Shown: in pieces, positions 15,508 to 25,044 of the stretch
Numbering within the stretch: position 1 is the stretch's first letter
Layout: the number at the start of each line of letters is the position of its first letter
Source: Candidatus Limnocylindria bacterium
GTDB taxonomy: Bacteria > Chloroflexota > Limnocylindria > QHBO01
Assembly (NCBI GenBank): GCA_046717345.1
Contig: JBKJVN010000134.1
Location: 3,070 to 67,069, forward strand
Reading direction: 5' to 3'
DNA: 64,000 bases
Translations under genes and position numbers: made by a program
Notes under the pieces: generated by a model
Databases searched by the model: none
Told to the model about the DNA's origin: nothing
Seen by the model: only the letters and a program-made list of their open reading frames with translations

Positions 15508-16089
15508 ATGTTCTACACGTCGGGCTGGGTCCACGTGATCTGCGGCTGCATGTTCTGCGGCAAGACCGACGAGATGCTCCGGCTCCTGCGTCGGTTCGCC
15601 ATCGCCGGGCGCCAGGTTGTGCTCGTGAAGCCGCGGGTCGACACTCGCACCGCGGAGAAAGCGGTGGTGTCGCGGTCGGGGGCGCAGCACGTGGCGGTCA
15701 CGGTGGACGCCTCGGCAGAGATCGAGGGCGTGGTGGGGAATGCCGATATCGTGGCCATCGAGGAGGGCCAGTTCTGGGATGACGGCCTGCCGGAGGTCGT
15801 CGAGCGCCTGGCCGATACCGGCAAGCAAGTCCTGGTCACGGGCTTGGACCAGGACTACCGAGGGAACCCCTTCGGACCGATGCCGCGCCTCATGGCGCTG
15901 GCCGACGAGGTCACCAAGCTGACCGCCATCTGCATGGTCTGTGGGGAGCCGGCGACGCGCACCCAGCGGCTGATTGATGGCCTGCCGGCCCCGGTCGATT
16001 CGCCGCTGATCATGGTCGGCGGCATGGGCGACGAGAAGTACGAGGCCCGCTGCCGCCTCCACCACGATGTGCCGTCAGCGGCGGAGTAA
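15508..16089 (+). CDS. tdk: Thymidine kinase
   Basis: MFYTSGWVHVICGCMFCGKTDEMLR (P-loop) ... C-terminal CMVCGEPATRTQR zinc ribbon. Confidence 0.85.
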   Translation: MFYTSGWVHVICGCMFCGKTDEMLRLLRRFAIAGRQVVLVKPRVDTRTAEKAVVSRSGAQHVAVTVDASAEIEGVVGNADIVAIEEGQFWDDGLPEVVERLADTGKQVLVTGLDQDYRGNPFGPMPRLMALADEVTKLTAICMVCGEPATRTQRLIDGLPAPVDSPLIMVGGMGDEKYEARCRLHHDVPSAAE

Positions 16090-16093
16090 TGAC

Positions 16094-16597
16094 ATGGACG
16101 TGAGAGTAATGCTCGACGTGGTCACCACCCTGGCGGTGGTGATCGGAGTGGCTTTCGGGCTGATCCAGCTCCGCCAGGCCCTTCAGAACCGGCGCGATCT
16201 CGCAGCCGTAGACATCGTTCGAACGGTCCAGACCCAGGACGTGCGCCGGGCGGTTGAGCGAATACTGAACCTGCCCATAGACGCCGATCCAGCCGCTATT
16301 CGCGACGATCCAGGCATGCTGGAGGCGGCGCTGGCGGTGGACAGCGCCTGCGAGATGTGGGGCTCGATGGTCTTTGAAGGTGTGGTCGACCATCGCCTTC
16401 TGGATCGGATGGTCGGCGGGTGGGTGCGCGGAACGTGGCTTCGGCTGAAGCCATGGGTCGAAGCCGAGCGCGCGGATGCCGCCAACCCGAACATTGGCGA
16501 GTGGTGGCAGTGGTTGTACGAGCTACTGGAAACCGACCCGGATCCTGGTAAGGCCCAGGGAGCGCACGTTTCATACCGAGGCCGACGGCGCGGCTAG
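16094..16597 (+). CDS. Hypothetical membrane-anchored protein
   Basis: Starts 5 nt after the tdk stop. Has an N-terminal TM helix (LDVVTTLAVVIGVAFGLIQL). Confidence 0.45.
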   Translation: MDVRVMLDVVTTLAVVIGVAFGLIQLRQALQNRRDLAAVDIVRTVQTQDVRRAVERILNLPIDADPAAIRDDPGMLEAALAVDSACEMWGSMVFEGVVDHRLLDRMVGGWVRGTWLRLKPWVEAERADAANPNIGEWWQWLYELLETDPDPGKAQGAHVSYRGRRRG

Positions 16598-16706
16598 TGG
16601 CGGAGGGGATCCAGCCGCAAGAAGGTGCGTTGTCGCACCGCCGAATGCGGCGTGGCGGTTGCCGGTCGCGCGATGCCAGGCGTAGGCTGCCGGGCGGAGG
16701 AGACCA

Positions 16707-18074
16707 CTGCGCACTCGAACCCGGATCGCCCGACCCGTCCTCGGCGCCTGCCTGGCGCTTCTGGTTGGCGTTTCCGCTGTATGGGCGGATCCGCCAGACT
16801 CGTTCACGAGCCCGATCAGGATCGGCTTCGAGGCTGGGGACGACTGGGAGCCTTCCATCGCGGCCGACGGATCCGGGAACGTCTACGCCCTGTGGACCCA
16901 CTACGTCGGGTTCGAAGGCGGCGACACCGGCGAGATCGACCCGTCGTGCGTCGAATGCCCAAGCCCGCACATGGTCATCCAGATCTCGAACGACAGCGGC
17001 GCCACGTGGGGTCTGCCCCATGCTCTTGCCCGATCCGAGGAGCGGCAGGACGACCCCCAGATCGTTGTCGATCCGGTCACGCAATTTGTCTACGCCGCGT
17101 ACATGGAGGGCGACAAGTCGAGCATTGTCGTAGCCCGCTCCGACGACTTTGGTCAGACGTTCGAGCCGGTCGTCGTCGAAGAGATCGAGCGTGGCCTGGA
17201 CAAGATCGCCCTTGCCGCCCGGAACGGCGAGGTGTACGTCGTCTACCACAGCCAGCAGAAGATCTTCGCGTCCGTCTCGCACGACGATGGGAAGACCTGG
17301 GAGGTCGTCCAGCCGATCCACAACACGAACAGCAAGTTCGGGGTCTCGCTGCCGTCCGGCGCGGCGATCGACTCGGACGGGGACGCTTACTTCGCCTGGA
17401 ATGGAGTGAACCGGCCCGGCCAGGCGAAGGGAACCGTCAACCTGTACGTGGCCAAGACCGACGACGACGGGGAGACATGGACGACCTCCGTCGTCGACCA
17501 GTCGGAGGCGGCTCCGCAGTGCGAATGCGGTGGATGGGCGTACTGGGGTTCGCAGATGGCGATCGGAGTCGACGATGAGGATCGCGTCTACGTCCTGTGG
17601 AACGCGAACCAGGCCAAGGACAGCCCGCACCGGATGTACTTCGCCGTCTCGACCGATGGCGCGGAAACGTGGAGTGCTCCGGTCGACGTATCGATGGCGC
17701 CAAGCGGCGCGAACAACCTCTTTCCAGCGCTCGTCGCCACCGGCGACGGCGACGTGCGGATTGCCTGGCAGGACGATCGGAACGGCTTCGACGCAGGTGG
17801 AGACGACCCAGACGCGCGGTGGAACACCTACTACCGAAGCTCGATCGATTTCGGGGGAACCTGGTCCGACGAGTGGCAGCTGTCGGCCTTCGTAGACGGA
17901 TACACCTACAAGTTCGACACACCGGTGCTCGAACCCCCTGTCGACGGCTACCTCCAGCCGTACGGGGATTACTTCGAGCTCGACATCGACAATGCCGGCA
18001 AGACCGTTGCCCTATGGGGCGAAGGGAATAGCTACGTCGGCCCCGGCAACGTGTGGTTCGCCCGCCAGCCATAA
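16707..18074 (+). CDS. Secreted BNR/Asp-box repeat protein (sialidase-like beta-propeller fold)
   Basis: Six S-x-D-x-G-x-T-W/F repeats (SNDSGATW, SDDFGQTF, SHDDGKTW, TDDDGETW, STDGAETW, SIDFGGTW). The frame stays open upstream through a signal-peptide-like RIARPVLGACLALLVGVSAVWA, but no ATG/GTG/TTG lies in frame there. The start is unresolved. Confidence 0.6.
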   Translation: MRTRTRIARPVLGACLALLVGVSAVWADPPDSFTSPIRIGFEAGDDWEPSIAADGSGNVYALWTHYVGFEGGDTGEIDPSCVECPSPHMVIQISNDSGATWGLPHALARSEERQDDPQIVVDPVTQFVYAAYMEGDKSSIVVARSDDFGQTFEPVVVEEIERGLDKIALAARNGEVYVVYHSQQKIFASVSHDDGKTWEVVQPIHNTNSKFGVSLPSGAAIDSDGDAYFAWNGVNRPGQAKGTVNLYVAKTDDDGETWTTSVVDQSEAAPQCECGGWAYWGSQMAIGVDDEDRVYVLWNANQAKDSPHRMYFAVSTDGAETWSAPVDVSMAPSGANNLFPALVATGDGDVRIAWQDDRNGFDAGGDDPDARWNTYYRSSIDFGGTWSDEWQLSAFVDGYTYKFDTPVLEPPVDGYLQPYGDYFELDIDNAGKTVALWGEGNSYVGPGNVWFARQP

Positions 18075-18095
18075 CGAGGGCGTCAGGGGCCTAGG

Positions 18096-18183
18096 TGGCG
18101 GAGGGGGTGGGATTCGAACCCACGGAGGCTTGCGCCTCAACGGTTTTCAAGACCGCCGCATTCGTCCGCTCTGCCACCCCTCC
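18096..18183 (-). tRNA. tRNA-Ser (anticodon TGA), long variable arm, encoded CCA
   Basis: Reverse complement GGAGGGG-TG-GCAG-AGCGGACGAAT-GCG-G-CGGT?-CTTGAAA-ACCGT-(long arm)-GTGGG-TTCGAAT-CCCAC-CCCCTCC-G-CCA. Confidence 0.8.
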
Positions 18184-18221
18184 TCGTCGCATTCTACGGA
18201 CACCCCGGCTAGGATCGGTGC

Positions 18222-18458
18222 GTGAAGGACAGCCCGCTCTACGCCCAGCTTCGCCGGGAAATGGAGACCGCGACCGACAACGAGCTGCTGGCCGACCTGG
18301 CGCAGTTCCTGGATTCCTTCGCCGACCACGACCCGGACTGTCCTGGCTTCGACGCCCACGGCCGGGATGCCGAGCTTGCGGCTTGCACCTGCGGGTTCGC
18401 GAGGCGGTACGACTTCCTCGATCAGCTCCAGCAGCGGCTGGACGGGTCGACCCGCTAG
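18222..18458 (+). CDS. Small hypothetical protein (78 aa)
   Basis: ORF only. Cys-containing (DPDCPGF...CTCGF). Converges on the serS 3' end. Confidence 0.3.
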   Translation: MKDSPLYAQLRREMETATDNELLADLAQFLDSFADHDPDCPGFDAHGRDAELAACTCGFARRYDFLDQLQQRLDGSTR

Positions 18459-18462
18459 CGCT

Positions 18463-19737
18463 TTAGCCGAGACGTTCGGCCCCCGGCAGGTATGGGCGCA
18501 GCACCTCCGGCACGCGGATGGACCCATCCGGCTGGAGGTGGGTCTCGAGCAGGGCCGCGACCGTCCGTGCCAGGGCCACCCCCGAGCCGTTGAGGGTGTG
18601 GACCAACTCGGGCCGGGCATCGGCTGAGGATCGGTATCGGACGTTCATCCGGCGCGCCTGGAAATCGGTGTAGTTCGAGCACGAGCTGACCTCCAGCCAG
18701 CGGCCCACCCCCGGCGCCCAGGCTTCCAGGTCGTAGCCGCGAGCCTGGGAGAACCCGACGTCGGCCGTGCAGCGCTCGACCGTCCGGTACGGCAGCTCGA
18801 GTGCCTCCAGCACGACCTCCGCATCGCGGGTCAGGGACTCGAGCTCATCGTCGCTGGACTCGGGAGCGACGAATTTGACCAGCTCCACCTTGTCGAACTG
18901 GTGGACCCGCAACAGGCCCCGCGTGTCCTTGCCGGCGGCGCCCGCTTCGCGCCGGAAGCAGGGGGTATACGCGACGTAGCGGACGGGCAGCGAGCCGGGG
19001 GGCAGGATCTCGTCGCGGTGGATGTTCGTGACCGGCACCTCGGCCGTGGGGGCCAGGTACAGGCCATCGCGCTCGACGACGTACATCTGGCCCTCCTTGT
19101 CCGGCAGCTGCCCCGTGCCCCGGGCCGACTCGGCGGTGACCAGGATCGGCGGCCAGACCTCGGTGTAGCCGCGAGAGGCAGCCATATCCAGGAACAGACC
19201 GATGAGCGCGCGCTGGAGGCGCGCGCCGGCCCCGGTGTAGAGCACGAATCCGGAGCCACCGATCTTGGCCCCGCGCTCGAGGTCGAAGAGCTTCAGGCGG
19301 GCACCAATCTCCCAATGCGGCGGGCGCTCCCCGGGAGGCAGCGGCTCGCCCCACGTGCGCACCACCGGGTTGTCCTCCGGGCCGCGGCCGTCCGGCACGG
19401 CGTCGCGGGGCGGATTGGGCACGAGCAGGAGGTCTGCTTCGATGGCCGCCTCCACCTCCGCCAGCTCACCGTCCAGGGCGTCGATCCGCTCGCCGAGCTG
19501 GCCGAGGGACGCCTTGCGCGCCTCCGCATCGGCGGCCTGCCCCGAGCGCATCAGCTCCCCCACCGACCGACTGCCCTCGTTGCGCTCGTGCTTGGCGGCG
19601 TCCGCCTCGGCCAGCAGGGAGCGGCGTCGCTCGTCCGCCGCGAGGAGCCGGTCGATCACCTGCGGCCCCTCGCCCTTGCGGGCGATGGCGCGCTTGACGG
19701 CCTCAGGGTCGTCCCGGATGAGCTGGATCGAGATCAC
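18463..19737 (-). CDS. serS: Seryl-tRNA synthetase
   Basis: GTG start is preceded by GGAGGGGTGGC. Class II motifs TPCFRREAG and GSGVALARTVAALLE. Its start overlaps the lysK stop (GTGA). Confidence 0.9.
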   Translation of the reverse strand: MISIQLIRDDPEAVKRAIARKGEGPQVIDRLLAADERRRSLLAEADAAKHERNEGSRSVGELMRSGQAADAEARKASLGQLGERIDALDGELAEVEAAIEADLLLVPNPPRDAVPDGRGPEDNPVVRTWGEPLPPGERPPHWEIGARLKLFDLERGAKIGGSGFVLYTGAGARLQRALIGLFLDMAASRGYTEVWPPILVTAESARGTGQLPDKEGQMYVVERDGLYLAPTAEVPVTNIHRDEILPPGSLPVRYVAYTPCFRREAGAAGKDTRGLLRVHQFDKVELVKFVAPESSDDELESLTRDAEVVLEALELPYRTVERCTADVGFSQARGYDLEAWAPGVGRWLEVSSCSNYTDFQARRMNVRYRSSADARPELVHTLNGSGVALARTVAALLETHLQPDGSIRVPEVLRPYLPGAERLG

Positions 19738-21341
19738 GCCACCCCTCCTGCGGCCCGGAGTCGCTCGACGACGAACGGCCGGTCCAGCGAGGCAAGGAGC
19801 CAACCGGCCCGAGGCCCGGAAGGCCGTCCGAGAAACGCAGCGTACAGGGCGGCAAACCCCGCCCCCGCCCCGAGGCCGCGCTCTGTGGCGGCCGCGAAGA
19901 TGGCCGACTGGAGACCCTCCCCCACCCATTCGGTGGCGGGCAGCAGGCCGAGGGCGTCGGCCAACGCCGCGAGGAACCCGCGCTGGTCCGGCGTCAGGTC
20001 GGCCACCGCCTCGGGCACCGCGTCGCGGCGGACCTCGACCCGCGCCTCGGGCGGGGCATACGTATCCAACCAGGCCCGGACGGCGCGGGTGCGCTCCTCC
20101 AGGATCGCGAGCTCGCGCTCGGTGAGCGGTCCACCCTTCTCCGCCGCCACGCGCTCCGGAACGTCGATCCCCGGCAGTTGGACGAGCAGCGCCAGGTGAG
20201 CGAACGCCGGCCGGTGGGCGGCGGCCTCAGTGGCCACGTCTGCCTCGGCATCGACCAGGGAGGCGGCGAAGATCCGATCGGCATCGGCAGGCAACTCGCC
20301 CCGGACGGGGCGGCCGGCGGTCGTGGCCGCCAAGCGGTCGAACTCGTCGACCAGGCGCGGGATGGCATCGGTCTGGTCCGGGTCGAAGTCGAACGCCACG
20401 TTGGGGCGGTGGCGCACGAAGAGCATCCGCAGCTCGTTGGGCGGCATGACGGCTGCGATCTCGTGGGCGGCCACGCCCCGCCCGCGAGACGTGCTCATCT
20501 TGCGGCCGCCGATGTTGATGAACTCGTACGGCACGTTGATCGGCGGCTCTCGCTCGAAGATCTGACGTGAAATCGCATCGGAGCGGTCGCGTGACCCGCC
20601 AGCCGTGGCAAGGTCCTTGCCGCAGCCCTCGATGGTGACCCCGAACAGGCTCCATCGGGCCGCCCAGTCGACGTTGAACAGAAGCTTGGAAGTGCCGCCG
20701 AACGGCGAGACCCGCCCCGCGTGGCCGCAGCCAGTCGCCCATTCCACAGCGTCCGGTTGGCAGGTGTACGCCACCCCGTCGCCATCCCAGTCGGTGGGCA
20801 CCGTGGTCCCGATCCGCCCGCAGGACTCGCAAATGACGGACAGGGGCAACCAGCCGGGCTCCTTGTCCACGTGGCTGACGTCGCGGTAGATGGTGCGGAT
20901 GGCGTCGGCGGCGTCCAGGGCGGCGCGGATGTATCGGTCCATCAATCCCCCGCCGTACACCTCGCTCATCCAGTACATCTCCGGGTGCAGGCCGAGCGGC
21001 TCGAAAGTGCCGAGGAACAGCTCCCCGACGAAGTGGCGGGCGTAGCTGGCGGCGTTGGAGCCGGCGGGCGGCGGCACGGCGGACAGCGGAACGCCCATGT
21101 ATCGGTCGACCGCGTCGGGGGTGAGGAGAGCCGCGGTATCCATGGGGTCGAGGTCGTCGACCCCGTACCGGAAGGTGGCCTCCACCCCCACTCGGCGCAG
21201 TGAGCGCCAGATCTCGTCGTGGATGACCGGGCCTCGGAGGCTGCCGACGTGGACCGTGCCGGAGGGGGTCTTCGAGTCGTTGACGACCTGTGAAGTCCCC
21301 GATTCAGCCGCCCTGGCCGCGATCTCGTCGGCCCAGAACAC
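19734..21341 (-). CDS. lysK: Lysyl-tRNA synthetase, class I (archaeal-type LysK)
   Basis: 535 aa. HIGH-like TVHVGSLRG and KMSKS-like RKMSTSRG. It has no class II motifs. Confidence 0.8.
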   Translation of the reverse strand: MFWADEIAARAAESGTSQVVNDSKTPSGTVHVGSLRGPVIHDEIWRSLRRVGVEATFRYGVDDLDPMDTAALLTPDAVDRYMGVPLSAVPPPAGSNAASYARHFVGELFLGTFEPLGLHPEMYWMSEVYGGGLMDRYIRAALDAADAIRTIYRDVSHVDKEPGWLPLSVICESCGRIGTTVPTDWDGDGVAYTCQPDAVEWATGCGHAGRVSPFGGTSKLLFNVDWAARWSLFGVTIEGCGKDLATAGGSRDRSDAISRQIFEREPPINVPYEFINIGGRKMSTSRGRGVAAHEIAAVMPPNELRMLFVRHRPNVAFDFDPDQTDAIPRLVDEFDRLAATTAGRPVRGELPADADRIFAASLVDAEADVATEAAAHRPAFAHLALLVQLPGIDVPERVAAEKGGPLTERELAILEERTRAVRAWLDTYAPPEARVEVRRDAVPEAVADLTPDQRGFLAALADALGLLPATEWVGEGLQSAIFAAATERGLGAGAGFAALYAAFLGRPSGPRAGWLLASLDRPFVVERLRAAGGVA

Positions 21342-21351
21342 AGCGGCGCGG

Positions 21352-21813
21352 TTAGCGGACGCTGACCAGCGTGTAGGTCACCGGTCCGGCCGGGGCCTGG
21401 ACGGTGACCGAATCCCCCTTCTTGTGGTCCATGAGCGCCACGCCGACCGGCGACTCGTTGCTGATCCGGCCCTCCCGCGGAGCGGCTTCGGCCGAGCCGA
21501 CGATGGTGAACGTCTCCTTGCCATCCGGGCCCTGGATGACGACGGTCGACCCGATGCGGACCTTGTCCCCGTTCGGATGCTCGATCACCTCGGCATTCTT
21601 GAGCTGCGACTCGATGGTCGCGATCCGCCCCTCCAGGAACGACTGCTCCTGCTTGGCGTCCTCGTACTCGGCGTTCTCGGTGATGTCGCCGTCGAGCTTG
21701 GCGTCATGGATGCGCTGGGCCACCCGCGGCCGCTCCTCGACGATGAGGTGGCGCAGCTCGGCGCTCAGTCGCTCGACGCCCTCAGGGGTCAGGTACACGG
21801 GCTTGTTGTTCAT
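21352..21813 (-). CDS. greA: Transcription elongation factor GreA
   Basis: 153 aa. VYLTPEGVERL...DITENAEYEDAKQEQ is the canonical GreA sequence. Confidence 0.9.
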   Translation of the reverse strand: MNNKPVYLTPEGVERLSAELRHLIVEERPRVAQRIHDAKLDGDITENAEYEDAKQEQSFLEGRIATIESQLKNAEVIEHPNGDKVRIGSTVVIQGPDGKETFTIVGSAEAAPREGRISNESPVGVALMDHKKGDSVTVQAPAGPVTYTLVSVR

Positions 21814-21840
21814 CGCCTCAGGCGGGTATCGCTCCCGATA

Positions 21841-21880
21841 ACAAAAAAGCCTCAGCTCCCGCCGTTCGGGAAGCTGGCTT
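21841..21880 (-). terminator. Putative intrinsic terminator downstream of uppP
   Basis: Hairpin AAGCCAGCTtCCCG-aacgg-CGGGaGCTGaGGCTT (minus strand) followed by TTTTTTGTT. Confidence 0.45.
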
Positions 21881-21937
21881 GTGCTGGCGTCGGCGGATTG
21901 TAGGCGTGGGGTGGGCCAGTGTCAAAGTCCGCGCAGG

Positions 21938-22783
21938 TCAGTGGCCGGCCGCGAGGAGGACCACCACCAGGGCCGCCAGCACGAGCCGCTCCAGGCAAAA
22001 GATGGCCACCGAACGGGTTCGCAGCCAGCGCAGCAGAAAGCCGATCGCGAGGGCTCCCGAGACAGCGGCGGCCACGAACCCGACGCCGATGGCCAGCCAT
22101 TCGGTCGAGGTGTGACTGGCGGTGAGCAGGTGCCGCGAGCCATATAACCCCGCCCCCAGGGTGATCGGCGTTGCAAGCAGGAAGCTGAAGCGGGCGGCGG
22201 TTTGGCGGGTCAGGCCGAATGCCAGGCCGGTGGCGATCGTCGCGCCCGACCGGCTGATGCCCGGCAGCAGGGCGGCGGCCTGCGACAGGCCGATGGCCAG
22301 CGCCGGACCGGTCCCGATCGCGCTCAGATCGCGCTGGCGAGTCCCCAACCGGTCGGCCAGGAACAGCACCGCGGCGCCGATCACCAGAAAGCCGGCGATG
22401 GCCAGCCGCGACTGGTCCGCGTCGCCGTGGAAGGCGGCCTCGATGGCATCCTCCAGCGCAAAGCCGATGAGCGCCGCCGGGATGGTGGCCACGACCAGGA
22501 GCCAGCCCAAACGTCGGTCGGGGTCGTCGCCGATGCGTCGTTCGGCGATGGACCGGCCCAGCGCGCCCAGCAGGCGCAGCCAGTCGCGGCCGACGTGGAC
22601 GAGGAGCGCGAGCAGCGTCCCCAGGTGGAGGAACACGTTGAACGACAGGCTCCCGATCAGCCCATCCTGCTCCCAGCCCAGGAGCCAGGGGGTCAGCTCC
22701 AGGTGGGCCGAGGAGCTGACCGGGATGAACTCGGTCAGGCCCTGGATGAGGCCGATCAGCGCGGCCTGGATGATGAGGTCCAT
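21938..22783 (-). CDS. uppP: Undecaprenyl-diphosphatase
   Basis: 281 aa. GLTEFIPVSSSAHL and GISRSGATI motifs. Confidence 0.85.
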   Translation of the reverse strand: MDLIIQAALIGLIQGLTEFIPVSSSAHLELTPWLLGWEQDGLIGSLSFNVFLHLGTLLALLVHVGRDWLRLLGALGRSIAERRIGDDPDRRLGWLLVVATIPAALIGFALEDAIEAAFHGDADQSRLAIAGFLVIGAAVLFLADRLGTRQRDLSAIGTGPALAIGLSQAAALLPGISRSGATIATGLAFGLTRQTAARFSFLLATPITLGAGLYGSRHLLTASHTSTEWLAIGVGFVAAAVSGALAIGFLLRWLRTRSVAIFCLERLVLAALVVVLLAAGH

Positions 22784-22807
22784 GCCAGCTCCCGGCAGCT
22801 TCTGCCG

Positions 22808-25009
22808 TCAGCGGATGAAGAGCGGCGCCAGGACGAGGGTGATGGTGGCCAGCAGCTTGACCAGGACGTGGAGCGACGGGCCCGCGGTGTCCTTGAACGG
22901 ATCACCCACCGTGTCGCCGACCACTGCGGCGGCATGGGCGGGCGTCTTCTTGCCGATCACGTTGCCCTCGTCATCCGTCAGGTGCCCGGACTCAATGTAC
23001 TTCTTGGCGTTGTCCCATGCTCCGCCGCCGTTGTTCAGGACGGTGGCCAGCAGGACGCCGGCAATGGTGCCGACCATGAGCATGCCGGCCATCGCCTCGT
23101 GGCCGAGGAGCAGGCCGACCAGGATGGGGGTGGCCACCGCCACCATGCCTGGCAGGATCATCTGGCGCAGCGCGGCGCGGGTCGTGATGTCCACCACCCG
23201 GGCGTAGTCTGGGCGCTGGGTGTAGTCCATGATCCCCGGCATCTCGCGGAACTGGCGCCTGACCTCGACGATGATTGACTGCGCCGTGGTGCCCACCGCG
23301 CGAATGGCGAGCGAGCTGAAGAAGTACACCAGCATGGCGCCGATCAGGGCCGCGATGAACACGTTGACGTCGGCCAGGTCGACCGATTCCATGAGCGGCC
23401 GCCCCTGGCGGGTGAAGATCAGGTTCACCTTATCGATGTAGGCGGAGAACAGGAGGAAGGCCGCCAGCGCCGCCGAGGCGATGGCGTATCCCTTGGTCAG
23501 GGCCTTGGTCGTGTTGCCCACCGCGTCCAGCCGGTCGGTGATCTCGCGGGCGCCACCCTCGGCCTTGGCGAATTGCGCGATCCCGCCGGCGTTGTCGGTG
23601 ATCGGTCCGAAGGTGTCCATGGCCAGGATATAGGCAGTCGTCATGAGCATGCCCATGGTCGCCACTGCGGTGCCGAAGATGCCGCCGACGTCACGGCCGG
23701 CCGCGTTCACCAGACCCGCCTGGGAACCCAGCCAGTGGCTGGCAAACAGGGCGAGGCTGATGGTGATGGCCGTGACGGCGGTGGTCTCGAAGCCGACCGC
23801 CGTGCCGCTGATGATGTTCGTGGCCGGGCCGGTCTTGCTGGCCTCCGCGATCTCCTTCACGGGCCGCCAGGCGCCCGACGTGTAGTACTGCGTGATGTAG
23901 ACGAACGCCACGCTGGTGGCCAGCCCGACCACCCCGCAGAAGAAGAACCAGACCCACACCGGGATGCCGTTGGCTCCGTTGGTGCCGCTGGTGTCCATCA
24001 TCACGAACGTGACCAGCGCCAGGGCCAGGACCGACAGGATGGTGGTGACCCAATAGCCCCGGTTCAGCATGTTCATGGGTTCTTCGGTCTCGCGACCGCG
24101 GACGAAGAAGATGGCCACGATGGTCGCCAACAGACCGAAGGCGCGGACCACGAGCGGGAAGAAGATCCACGCTTCGGGGTTGGGCCAGCCCGCTTCCCGG
24201 GCTATGACATAGACCCCGACCCCCAGGATCATGGCCCCGATGTTCTCGGCCGCGGTGGACTCGAACAGGTCCGCCCCACGGCCGGCGCAGTCGCCGACGT
24301 TATCGCCGACCAGGTCCGCGATCACCGCCGCGTTGCGGGGGTCATCCTCGGGGATGCCGGCCTCGATCTTGCCGACCAGGTCCGACCCGACATCGGCCGC
24401 CTTGGTGTAGATCCCACCCCCCAGCTGGGCGAACAGGGCCACGAAGCTGGCCCCGAAGCCGAACCCCACGATGAGGAACGGAGCCACGTCCGGGTTGGTG
24501 AAGCCGCCGTAGGTGACGAAGATGCCCCACACCCCGAGCAGCGAGAGGGCGACCACCAGGAACCCGGACACGGCCCCGCCCCGCATGGCGACCTGGACCG
24601 CCTCTACCAGGCTGTGGCGGGCGGCGGCCGCGGTGCGCACGTTCGACTTCACCGAGATGTACATCCCGATCACCCCGGAGGCCATGGAGCACAGGGCCCC
24701 GACCAGGAAGGCGACCGCGGTCATCACGCCCAGCTGGGCGCCGAAAACGTCGGTATCCGCCACCTCGGCTGTTTCGACCACCCCGATGACCAGGCCGATG
24801 ACGGCCGCTCCCGCGACCGCAAGCACGAGGATGGTCAGGTACTGGCGGCGAATGAAGGCGACCGCCCCTTCCATGATCGTCCCGGCCACGTCCTCCATGG
24901 CCGCCGTCCCCGTATCCCGGCGCAGGACATCGCGAGCGAGGTAGACCGCAAAGGCCACCGCGGCCAGGCCGGCGACAGGAATTACCCAGGTGATGGGCTG
25001 AATCGGCAT
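22808..25009 (-). CDS. hppA: Membrane-bound proton-translocating pyrophosphatase (H+-PPase)
   Basis: About 734 aa with multiple TM helices and conserved GGG.YTKAADVGSDL.GK.E and DNVGDCAG motifs. The start was chosen at MPIQPITW, which is preceded by GGAGGA. Confidence 0.85.
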   Translation of the reverse strand: MPIQPITWVIPVAGLAAVAFAVYLARDVLRRDTGTAAMEDVAGTIMEGAVAFIRRQYLTILVLAVAGAAVIGLVIGVVETAEVADTDVFGAQLGVMTAVAFLVGALCSMASGVIGMYISVKSNVRTAAAARHSLVEAVQVAMRGGAVSGFLVVALSLLGVWGIFVTYGGFTNPDVAPFLIVGFGFGASFVALFAQLGGGIYTKAADVGSDLVGKIEAGIPEDDPRNAAVIADLVGDNVGDCAGRGADLFESTAAENIGAMILGVGVYVIAREAGWPNPEAWIFFPLVVRAFGLLATIVAIFFVRGRETEEPMNMLNRGYWVTTILSVLALALVTFVMMDTSGTNGANGIPVWVWFFFCGVVGLATSVAFVYITQYYTSGAWRPVKEIAEASKTGPATNIISGTAVGFETTAVTAITISLALFASHWLGSQAGLVNAAGRDVGGIFGTAVATMGMLMTTAYILAMDTFGPITDNAGGIAQFAKAEGGAREITDRLDAVGNTTKALTKGYAIASAALAAFLLFSAYIDKVNLIFTRQGRPLMESVDLADVNVFIAALIGAMLVYFFSSLAIRAVGTTAQSIIVEVRRQFREMPGIMDYTQRPDYARVVDITTRAALRQMILPGMVAVATPILVGLLLGHEAMAGMLMVGTIAGVLLATVLNNGGGAWDNAKKYIESGHLTDDEGNVIGKKTPAHAAAVVGDTVGDPFKDTAGPSLHVLVKLLATITLVLAPLFIR

Positions 25010-25044
25010 GGGTCCTCCGTGGGGGGGTCGGGCGACGGCGCCGG

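Noticed and set aside
16296-17630. 444-aa minus-strand ORF, and plus-strand ORF 16625-17578
   Set aside because: Both are antisense or out-of-frame shadows of the BNR-repeat gene and have low-complexity composition.
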